A DNA stretch of 32,625 bases from Candidatus Woesearchaeota archaeon (GTDB lineage Archaea > Nanobdellota > Nanobdellia > Pacearchaeales > GW2011-AR1), in NCBI GenBank assembly GCA_964469785.1, contig CAYXYT010000002.1, positions 1-32,625 of the forward strand. Reading direction: 5' to 3'. The notes beneath the pieces were generated by a model. The model was not told the DNA's origin. It saw only the letters and a list, made by a program, of their open reading frames with translations, and made no database searches. Numbering within the stretch: the stretch's first letter is position 1; each line of letters opens with the position of its first letter. The translations under genes were made by a program, and so were the position numbers. Positions 1-7,828 of this stretch are shown piece after piece.

Positions 1-609
1 ATAATCGAGATAAATGAATTTGTTTTAGATTGTCTCAAAAGTAGTGCAGAGGAGGCTTTGGTTTTCATAGGACAACACGGTGGTTATGCAGTTACTCCTG
101 ACTTATCCAACGATATAAGCATTCCCCACTATTATTATAATGGTAGAAATCTCATGCCTTCAAAAGAGAAAATTGAAGAGGAAATAGGCAACTATATTGA
201 TCTTAGTCTGTTCTTTTGCATTCAGAGCTTCTCAGATTTTCCTGATTTTGAAATTAGAGAGGATGAAATTGAAATTAGAACAAATATTGAAGAGGAAATC
301 GTCAGCTTTGAGATAGATTACCCTTTAACTATTGTGAAAAATCAAACTATATATGGGTTGAAAGATTTTGAATTTAAAATTCCTATTAGATTAGATGCTG
401 TTTATAGTGTGGCCGGGTTTGTAGTTCAAAAGCAAATAGAAGATCCAGATAATATTTGTATAAGTTGTATTCTGGATACAGCTAATAAAAAAGAGGTCAA
501 AGTAGACATGATGGATTTTGAGGATGAAATAATTTTTACAATTACAGATGATAACTCTATCATTAATGATGTTCCTTTTGAATTTAAATTTGCAAATAAA
601 TATGGTTAA
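1..609 (+). CDS. Partial (5'-truncated at window edge) surface-cluster protein, paralog of the 10497..11252 product
   Basis: Frame 1 is open from base 1 (IIEINEFVLDCLKSSAEEALVFIGQHGGYA...), so the TTG at 58 in the ORF track is probably not the true start. By-eye alignment to the 251-aa product of 10497..11252 shows shared elements: C-x(2-3)-[acidic]-EE, GG, an aromatic patch (YYYNG vs YFTYNN), and P-x(2,5)-K-x(1,2)-IEEEI. Stop TAA 607-609 is directly followed by the ATG of the next gene. Confidence 0.6.
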   Translation: MIEINEFVLDCLKSSAEEALVFIGQHGGYAVTPDLSNDISIPHYYYNGRNLMPSKEKIEEEIGNYIDLSLFFCIQSFSDFPDFEIREDEIEIRTNIEEEIVSFEIDYPLTIVKNQTIYGLKDFEFKIPIRLDAVYSVAGFVVQKQIEDPDNICISCILDTANKKEVKVDMMDFEDEIIFTITDDNSIINDVPFEFKFANKYG

Positions 610-3600
610 ATGAAAAATATATTTGTTGCCTTGATTTTGGTGGTTTTATTAACAGGACTTGCAAGTGCGGGAATTGTTGCAACAATTGGGATGCAGGGGT
701 TGAGCTTTGTAAATCCCCAATTAGGAGGAATGATTAGCACTGCTGTAAGTGTATATAGTTGTGTGACTTCTGCTGGTTTGGTTGGGTGTGGTAGCTTGAT
801 TGTTCAAAATAAAGTAGTTGAAGCTATTTATGGAGAAGCTTTACAAGCAATAGCAGAGGTAAGCCCCGAAGCTGCCAAAGCCATCATTACATATAATCAG
901 GTTAAGAGTTATATTGACCAGGGAGCAGAAATAATAAAAGAGTTTAAACTTGATGAGAATGGAAATCCAACAGAGTGGGGCATGGATTTTAATGAAGAAG
1001 AATATGCTATTGGAAATTGGGTTGGAAACTTAAGTGCAGAGGATGTTATTACGTCAAATGCAAGGTATGATTCTGAAACTAGGAATCTAATCATAAAAGA
1101 AAATGGTTTTCTAAAAATTAAGATTAAAGACGAAGAAGGAAATGTCATTCAAGAACTAGTTTATAAAAACATTAGAAAAGGCGGAGTTTTCAAATTAGAC
1201 GAAAACGGCCAGGTAGAAGAAGCTAGCATTGTCTCGAGTGAAGATGGTTCTATTTATAAATTTGGAGATAATGATGCAATAAAGGTGGGTGCTGACACAA
1301 AAGTAGTGTATAAAGATGGTGTTGTGAAAATAATTGGCAGAGATAAAAATTTTCTTTATGGGAATTTAAATATAACCTTAAACAAAGATTATGTTGATTT
1401 ATTTAGAAATAAGGTAAATTGCGTTAACTGTGAAGTTGATGGGATTAAATTAAGTGGTGTAAGGGCGGGTGTTGCAAGTTTAAGTATTGAAAAAAAAGGT
1501 TACTTTCTAGAAAGGGGTGTTGCAGATTATAAAAAAATAAGATTAACTGCTGAAAACGAAAGAGGCAGTGTTTTGATTGGAAATTTAGACGAAGATTTAA
1601 GTAGTTATGATAAAAATTGGGTAAAAATAAAGGACGGCGGATTGGAGATTAATAGCGTCTTAAAAAAACAAATAAATTTAGAAGTATTGCCAGGTAATGA
1701 ACTTTTAAACACCTTTCAATTTCAAGTTAAAAGAGATGATGAAGGAGAATTTGTTCTCGATGAAAGTGGTGGGCTTATCCCAGAGATAGTTCCAGATAAT
1801 AGAGACAATCTTAAGTTTGAAATTTCTAATGGTGATGATTTGAAAATAATTGGTAGAGAGGACCAAAACAAAATCCCTTTGGTAATTCATAACCCTTCTG
1901 AGAGTGGATCAACAATTATAGAAAATGGCAGGCTTAGTTTCAGAATAGAAGGCGGTGAATTTAAGATTGGAGTTCCTAAGACAATAGAAGAATCTCTTTT
2001 AATAGAAGAGGCAAAGTTTGAAAGTGTGGCTTTCCAATTAAAAACTTCTTCATTAAAAGACCATGAATTAAGAATAAATTCTGGAAACATGTATGAGATT
2101 TTATCCCCCGACCAGGTTGAGAGCCCAATTACTTTTAATTCAAAAGGGTTTAGACTTAGTGATTCTATTGATGATAATCTTTACACTCAAACACTGGATT
2201 ATTTAAGAACAAAATATCCAGATATTGTCTTCTATGTTTCTTCTAAAGAAGGGGGTATATATAAAGAACCAAGTCCACAGGTGATACAATTACTAGACCA
2301 GTGGTTTGCAGAAGATCTCAAAAGGACAGAATTTTTTGAAGAAGTTGCCTTTACAGAAGTATTTAATTCAGCAGCAGGTTATAAATATTTGATGTTGGGT
2401 GAGGGAGCCTATGATTTATATGCAACCAAACAAATTAGAGATGTTAACAACCCCTTACAAATTTTAACACACGAGTTTGAGCATGAAATGGACTGGCATA
2501 TAACCTTTGATGAAGAAGAAAGACTTAAAGAATTTGAAAGAACTGACAAAACTGCAAGGGAGTTATCAAGAGCGACTAAGCAACAGAATAATCTTCAAAA
2601 TATCTACTATTCTGTGGAAAACTATCATAAGCCAAATCCTTCTGAAGGGCTTTTTTCAGGACTTGTTCCAGAAGAAAAAAGGGAAGAGTATGAGGAATAT
2701 ATGAAGTTGCCTTTAATAGAGAGAAATAAAGTAGATATATTAAAATACCAGAAAGAGATTGAGAAACTTAGAGGAGAACTTTATTCTTCATTATCTAAAT
2801 CTAGTGAAGTTGAGAATGTAAAGAGCAAACTTGAAAAAGTTGCCAGTATGGGTGAAAGAAGACAAGAATTATATGATCTTATTTTTAATCCTAACACAGA
2901 AAAATTAAGTTTCAAAGAAGCAGATCCTTATTTAGAAGAAATTGCTTCTTTAACAACAGAAATTGATACAGAGTTGGAATATATTAAATATGATCTAGAA
3001 AAGACAGGTTATGGGAAAGAGGTTACGAGTCCTATAATAGGTATGCAAAACCTTTATTTTTTCTTAGATAGAAAGCCGACTATGGGAATTGAAGCAAGAG
3101 TAGACTGGCATGGAGAGGATCTCTGGGTTCGTTCACATTATCAAAAGAAAAAGAACTCGTTACTTGATGAGGTGCCTTATCTGAAAGAACAATTTGAAAA
3201 ATATCTCGCAAGCAATCCAAAAACAAAAAAATTAGAGCACATATATAGTGAAATAAGCATCGATACTTCTTATGATATTATTCATGACGACAAGATGAAA
3301 CTCATTAGAAATAGGGCTGCTGGAGAGCTAAAACAAAAATTAGTGACTGATTATAATGTTGATTTTTGGGAGATAAGAGAGAAATACATAAATGAAAAAA
3401 GAAGAAATTATCCTATTCCAAAAGAAGAATTTTTAGCACTAAGTATGGAGGACCAAGAATTGATTTTAATACATGATGCCTCATTTGATCTTATGTTAGA
3501 TACTGAACACTATGAAGAGGGAAAAGGCCTTGTAGCTGATCCAGAACTTGATTTTTTGAGTGAATTAGCGTTCTCTTTATCAAGATTAAGAGATGACAAA

Positions 3601-4122
3601 GTGCAGAAATATACCAAAGAAGCTACTAAAGAAAGATTTTCTGATGAGGGAGGGATTCCCCCGTTAAGACAGATGTTTGAGTTAGAGTTTTTATTAAAAT
3701 CTGAAAGACTTGAAGACAACCCCTGGTTTGAACAACTTTCCACTGAGTTAAAAAACCTGTACGAGGTAGACCATGGTTTGCCTGCTTCTTATGGTTTCCA
3801 TAACTATGGAAATAGTGAAAAAAAATATTCTGGAAGATATTCAGAAATAGCTTCTACCTACAGAGAACAGCCTATTGAAGTAAGAAGATTTAAAATACAT
3901 CAGGGAACTCCCGGGCAGAAAAGCTTGTTCAAGAAACTAACACAAATAGCGTTTGATGCGGGAAAAATGGATGTAGAAGAGTATACACAATTAATGGGAC
4001 AAGACAATGACGGAGATGACATGGGGGATCTATTTTGCCAAAGTGAAGATTGCATAGAATACAGGTGTGTGGAATACAAATTCTTGTGTTGCTTACAACA
4101 TCCTAATTCACCTAATTGTTAA
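610..4122 (+). CDS. Very large (1170 aa) secreted protein with a single HExxH motif and a C-terminal Cys knot; function unknown (possible zincin-like domain)
   Basis: Uninterrupted 3.5-kb ORF. N-terminal signal-like segment MKNIFVALILVVLLTGLASA. HEFEH at nt 2468-2482. Long K/E-rich, probably helical, middle part. The last 30 aa carry 7 Cys (CQSEDCIEYRCVEYKFLCCLQHPNSPNC). The start codon abuts the upstream stop. Confidence 0.75.
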   Translation: MKNIFVALILVVLLTGLASAGIVATIGMQGLSFVNPQLGGMISTAVSVYSCVTSAGLVGCGSLIVQNKVVEAIYGEALQAIAEVSPEAAKAIITYNQVKSYIDQGAEIIKEFKLDENGNPTEWGMDFNEEEYAIGNWVGNLSAEDVITSNARYDSETRNLIIKENGFLKIKIKDEEGNVIQELVYKNIRKGGVFKLDENGQVEEASIVSSEDGSIYKFGDNDAIKVGADTKVVYKDGVVKIIGRDKNFLYGNLNITLNKDYVDLFRNKVNCVNCEVDGIKLSGVRAGVASLSIEKKGYFLERGVADYKKIRLTAENERGSVLIGNLDEDLSSYDKNWVKIKDGGLEINSVLKKQINLEVLPGNELLNTFQFQVKRDDEGEFVLDESGGLIPEIVPDNRDNLKFEISNGDDLKIIGREDQNKIPLVIHNPSESGSTIIENGRLSFRIEGGEFKIGVPKTIEESLLIEEAKFESVAFQLKTSSLKDHELRINSGNMYEILSPDQVESPITFNSKGFRLSDSIDDNLYTQTLDYLRTKYPDIVFYVSSKEGGIYKEPSPQVIQLLDQWFAEDLKRTEFFEEVAFTEVFNSAAGYKYLMLGEGAYDLYATKQIRDVNNPLQILTHEFEHEMDWHITFDEEERLKEFERTDKTARELSRATKQQNNLQNIYYSVENYHKPNPSEGLFSGLVPEEKREEYEEYMKLPLIERNKVDILKYQKEIEKLRGELYSSLSKSSEVENVKSKLEKVASMGERRQELYDLIFNPNTEKLSFKEADPYLEEIASLTTEIDTELEYIKYDLEKTGYGKEVTSPIIGMQNLYFFLDRKPTMGIEARVDWHGEDLWVRSHYQKKKNSLLDEVPYLKEQFEKYLASNPKTKKLEHIYSEISIDTSYDIIHDDKMKLIRNRAAGELKQKLVTDYNVDFWEIREKYINEKRRNYPIPKEEFLALSMEDQELILIHDASFDLMLDTEHYEEGKGLVADPELDFLSELAFSLSRLRDDKVQKYTKEATKERFSDEGGIPPLRQMFELEFLLKSERLEDNPWFEQLSTELKNLYEVDHGLPASYGFHNYGNSEKKYSGRYSEIASTYREQPIEVRRFKIHQGTPGQKSLFKKLTQIAFDAGKMDVEEYTQLMGQDNDGDDMGDLFCQSEDCIEYRCVEYKFLCCLQHPNSPNC

Positions 4123-5442
4123 TCACCTCTTCCTCCCCCTCGCAATTTTCAGCAAATCAACTCTTCTTCTTGTTCTCTTATATTTCACCTTTAAAAACCA
4201 TAATACTAAAATAATAATGACGATGATTATCACCCATCCAATTATTTTTCCTTTTGAACTTTCTTTAACTTCTTCACAAGTTCCCAGACAACAATTCCCG
4301 TCTATTGCAGGTTCTGTATCTTCACTACACTCCTCACCTTCTACACAGATAGTTCCCCCCATCTCCCCGCAAGTTTTCAGTATTGCTGGGTCTGGAACGG
4401 TCTGGTTTTCTTCTCCTGGCAAGGGTTCATAATCTTTTATAAAATTCAAAAATACTGCCAGATAAGCGTATAAACCAGAAGAGTTTGCTATTATCTCTCC
4501 CTCTAAAGCTCCCTCGTCTATATCTGAGAAAAAATCTATACTTATCCTAATGCTCTCATTAGCTTCTAACTCATCAATTTCCTCTATTGAAAGAGAGACA
4601 TAAGGTTCTAAAGTATCTGAAATATAAAAACCGATGTTTTCCAAATCAGCCTCTCCATCATTATAAAGATAAACTATTCTTGAGCTCTGAGAATCTGTTG
4701 CCATGGAAAAATTTAATACTACTGGTGAAAAAATAAAGCTTTTTTCTTTCTCTTCTGAAGGGGCTTCTCCCTCTATGAACACGTAAACAGGGACCTCGTA
4801 TTCTGAATTCTCTGTGCTAATTTCAATTAGCTTCAGGGTTGATTCTGTAATATTTGTTATGTTAAAATCCAGTTTTTTTGTTTCTCCTGTTCCTAGGGTC
4901 ACAAACCTGCCCTCTTCTCCGTTTTCTTCATCACCAAACAAGAAATCAAAAAATCCCCCCTCAGATTCATTCCCTGCATCACTCTTGTTTTCATTTATCT
5001 TAAGAGTAATGCTATGGTTCTGAAGATTTTGCGCTTCTATGAAAAAATCTGTTTCCGTAATAACAAATCCGGGCTCTATTGAAAAATCAACTGTTTTATT
5101 GCTTATTGAGAAATTTTTTATAATATCTTCATCAACAACCTGTCCTGCTCTCATGTACATTATATCTTTTATGTGTAGTGAATAATTATTTTCTGGTTTA
5201 CCTAAGAGTTGTGCATAAACATAATAATCACCGCTTATTTTTGCAATTTCAAGACCTAGCGGAATACCGATATGGCCCCTATATAAGAAAATATTCTCCT
5301 CAAAAATTGGGTTTATAAAATTTCCAGAGATTTTTGCCATTAGGGTTCCGCCCTGGTCAAATTCTGACTTCATATCAATACTTGCTGCAGAAACAAGTGG
5401 TAAAATTAAGATTAATAATAAAAAAAAGGGTATTTTTCTCAT
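4123..5442 (-). CDS. Type I membrane-anchored surface protein (signal peptide, beta-rich ectodomain, Cys-rich stalk, C-terminal TM helix plus basic tail)
   Basis: 439-aa ORF. N-terminus MRKIPFFLLLILILPLVSAAS. Stalk CGEMGGTICVEGEECSEDTEPAIDGNCCLGTC. TM helix IIGWVIIIVIIILVLWFL followed by KVKYKRTRRR...RGRKR. Several N-x-S/T sequons. Confidence 0.75.
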   Translation of the reverse strand: MRKIPFFLLLILILPLVSAASIDMKSEFDQGGTLMAKISGNFINPIFEENIFLYRGHIGIPLGLEIAKISGDYYVYAQLLGKPENNYSLHIKDIMYMRAGQVVDEDIIKNFSISNKTVDFSIEPGFVITETDFFIEAQNLQNHSITLKINENKSDAGNESEGGFFDFLFGDEENGEEGRFVTLGTGETKKLDFNITNITESTLKLIEISTENSEYEVPVYVFIEGEAPSEEKEKSFIFSPVVLNFSMATDSQSSRIVYLYNDGEADLENIGFYISDTLEPYVSLSIEEIDELEANESIRISIDFFSDIDEGALEGEIIANSSGLYAYLAVFLNFIKDYEPLPGEENQTVPDPAILKTCGEMGGTICVEGEECSEDTEPAIDGNCCLGTCEEVKESSKGKIIGWVIIIVIIILVLWFLKVKYKRTRRRVDLLKIARGRKR

Positions 5443-5474
5443 AATTTTTTAAAAGAAATCAGGTTAATAAAGTT

Positions 5475-5792
5475 TTATTTTTTGGAGATCTGTTTTTTAA
5501 TTGCTTTATTAATAAAACAAGCTAAGATATAAGGAATTACTAGTGTGAGAATTAACATTAACACTAATAACCCTCTATCAAATTTTAATCCAAAATACTG
5601 GTGGCCTACTCCTAGCATGCGGAGCGAGGGTGCAAGTGGATTTAATGGACAGAGAGTCCAGGTATGGGTTGGATTTGGAACAACTGGAAATCTTTGGCAA
5701 GGTATAATTGGAATATAACTAAAAAGAATTACTAAGATTATAAGAGAAATAATCGTTACACGAGTTGGTTTAAAGAAACTTCTCTTACTCAT
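5475..5792 (-). CDS. Small integral membrane protein (two hydrophobic helices), function unknown
   Basis: 105-aa ORF, same strand as and 11 nt downstream of the 5804.. gene. Hydrophobic segments VTIISLIILVILFSYIPII and LLVLMLILTLVIPYILACFI. Confidence 0.5.
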   Translation of the reverse strand: MSKRSFFKPTRVTIISLIILVILFSYIPIIPCQRFPVVPNPTHTWTLCPLNPLAPSLRMLGVGHQYFGLKFDRGLLVLMLILTLVIPYILACFINKAIKKQISKK

Positions 5793-5803
5793 TTTATCTA
5801 TAT

Positions 5804-7798
5804 CTATCTTCCCATGTCTTTTAGCTTCTTAAGAACATCGTCAAGCTCACCCCTGGGCTTTGGTCTTGGACCAGGTCTCCTTGAAAGTCTTTCTGGCATA
5901 GGCATTTTTCTTGGGTGTCCTGTCAAGGGTGCGGGATATTTTGGCGGCCTTAGTAGTCCTGGACCAGGAGGCCCTTTTCTGGTTCTTCCACCTGATTTCA
6001 ACCTAAATAAAAATCTTCTTAAGCTATCTTTAAAAACAATTCCTAATACAACTAAAACAATAAGTATTAATAATATCCAAATCCAGGCAGAGCCACCTTC
6101 ACCAGCCCCATCATCCTCTTCAACACAGCAGGCCTGGTCTGCTGAATCACAATTATAATAAGGAGATTCTTCTTCACCACTTAAACACTCGTAAGTTCTG
6201 CAAATTCCTCCTGCTGCCTCACACGCTGATTCTGCACCAGTATCAGTGTCCCATGAACATCCCGGAGTAGATATACATTCAGAATAACTCAATCCACCGC
6301 AACCAACAGGACCAGTGCAAAAACCTCCACCGTCGCCATCATATCCACCATTCCCATCACAAATTCCCCCAATACAACATATCTGGCCAAAATATAAGCC
6401 AAGCGTGCTCTCTTCCACTCCTCCAACACACTCTTCGCCACTATCACAAACCACACCACCAAGACTTTCGCAAACCTCTTCGCCAGGGGGTGGGCCAACA
6501 CTACAACAAACATACGGGTCTGCACAAGTATAATCACTTAAAACACTTCCAGCATCATTCTGGCAGGCAAGATTTGACCTGCAATAATAATTATTATCTA
6601 CACAATCAAGAGTTCCGTCACCATTTCCGTTGCCGTCACCATTTCCGTTGCCGTCTCCGTCTCCATCTCCATCTCTATCAAGTGGCCCAAGCTCTGGCCA
6701 AATAGAATACAAAATAAATGCAGTGTTTCTTATATTTCCCTGCCAACACCCGTCATCATCCTGAACACCCTCACTTAAAAGCCATTCTTTTGAGTTTATT
6801 TTTTCCTGGGGCTCTTCATACTGGAAAGGAAACAGGGCAAGAGCAGTATCATAAAATTTATCTGCAGATTCACGCCAGTAGTAGATTCCTCTTGATTGGA
6901 TAGCTACTTGTTTTGATAACAAGCTTGTTCTATACTCAATATCTTCTGTTAAAATATATATGAAAGCTTCTGGAAGATACTGCTCATTGTCTTCTGCCAT
7001 TGTAATTAAATAGGGTAAGAGAGAGGAGATATCATGGCCAAGGGAATCCAGAACAATTGCAGCCCACAAACTTCCCTCGTAATCACAGCTAAATCCTCTA
7101 GCAGAACAAAAAGAGTCTACTTTTTCTATTGTTGTTCCGTCCGGTGATGCTGTATGTACGTCTTTTGAAACATGGATTGTTGGAGAGCCGGATTTTGTAA
7201 ATAATAATGTTGTAAGAAAGCTTTCATTACAAGAGATTTCAAAGTCTTTTTCATAACACCCAAGCTGCTGAGAAGATGAAATTTCAAGCCAGTACTGGTT
7301 ATCAGATAAATCTAAGCACGGGCCTGCGCCCTGGTTTATCGTTTTATTCTCACCTATTAAAATAGGGGGATAAGAGTGGTTATTATAACTTATTGTGCAG
7401 GTTGCCGTCCCCTCATCTGTGTTCTCTATTTCCAGATACCAAATCATATCACTAGGAACTGATTTTTCTCCTAAAAGCCAGGTTTCTGCAGTATCTGTAT
7501 TTTGTCCTGCATTGTCAAGAGCTAAAATTGCCTGTGCTGTTGATTTTATTTTGCAGGCAGGGCGTGGCCAGCATTCATCATTTACAGAATCTGAAAGAAC
7601 TTCTTGCTCACACTCTCCCAGTGCAAGCAGAGAAAAAAATCTTTCTTCTGACAAAATTCTAGAACAATTTCTATCTTGTATTTTATCTTCAAGACAAGAG
7701 TATGCTTCACTTACTTTTGTCAGGTTCTCTGCACTTACAAGAGTAAAGCTTATCAAAAATATAAATAAAATAACGAACACCAAGTCTCTTTTTTTCAT
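5804..7798 (-). CDS. Large membrane-anchored surface protein: signal peptide, ectodomain with weak alpha/alpha-toroid (prenyltransferase/terpene-cyclase-like) repeat signatures, D/G/N repeat, Cys-rich stalk modules, TM helix, Pro/Arg-rich cytoplasmic tail
   Basis: The ORF track gives 5804..7816. I prefer the ATG at 7798 (MKKRDLVFVILFIFLISFTLVSA) because a TATA-like TTTTAAAA (7821-7828) lies 22 nt upstream, the same spacing seen at other genes here. Motifs seen: STAQAILALDNAG, SLWAAIVLDSLG, DRDGDGDGDGNGNGDGNGNGDG, CESLGGVVCDSGEEC...CCIGGIC, and TM helix AWIWILLILIVLVVLGIVF. The toroid assignment is weak. Confidence 0.7.
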   Translation of the reverse strand: MKKRDLVFVILFIFLISFTLVSAENLTKVSEAYSCLEDKIQDRNCSRILSEERFFSLLALGECEQEVLSDSVNDECWPRPACKIKSTAQAILALDNAGQNTDTAETWLLGEKSVPSDMIWYLEIENTDEGTATCTISYNNHSYPPILIGENKTINQGAGPCLDLSDNQYWLEISSSQQLGCYEKDFEISCNESFLTTLLFTKSGSPTIHVSKDVHTASPDGTTIEKVDSFCSARGFSCDYEGSLWAAIVLDSLGHDISSLLPYLITMAEDNEQYLPEAFIYILTEDIEYRTSLLSKQVAIQSRGIYYWRESADKFYDTALALFPFQYEEPQEKINSKEWLLSEGVQDDDGCWQGNIRNTAFILYSIWPELGPLDRDGDGDGDGNGNGDGNGNGDGTLDCVDNNYYCRSNLACQNDAGSVLSDYTCADPYVCCSVGPPPGEEVCESLGGVVCDSGEECVGGVEESTLGLYFGQICCIGGICDGNGGYDGDGGGFCTGPVGCGGLSYSECISTPGCSWDTDTGAESACEAAGGICRTYECLSGEEESPYYNCDSADQACCVEEDDGAGEGGSAWIWILLILIVLVVLGIVFKDSLRRFLFRLKSGGRTRKGPPGPGLLRPPKYPAPLTGHPRKMPMPERLSRRPGPRPKPRGELDDVLKKLKDMGR

Positions 7799-7820
7799 AA
7801 TATTTAGAATAAACACTTGT

Positions 7821-7828
7821 TTTTAAAA
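7821..7828 (-). promoter_or_regulatory. Candidate TATA box for the 5804..7798 gene, abutting the primase stop codon
   Basis: TTTTAAAA, 22 nt upstream of ATG 7798 on the minus strand. This matches the 19-22 nt TATA-to-ATG spacing seen at most of the other candidate promoters in this window. Confidence 0.35.

Noticed and set aside
4067-4432. A 121-aa plus-strand ORF spans the convergent gene junction.
   Set aside because: It overlaps the 3' ends of two long supported genes, and its translation is a low-complexity mirror of the TM and Cys-stalk region.
5814-6705. Several plus- and minus-strand ORFs overlap the 5804..7798 gene: 5814..6158+, 6289..6537-, 6315..6533+, 6490..6705+.
   Set aside because: They lie in the locally GC-rich Gly/Pro/Cys-coding part of a long, well-supported gene. 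Their low-complexity P/S/H-rich translations are typical shadow ORFs.
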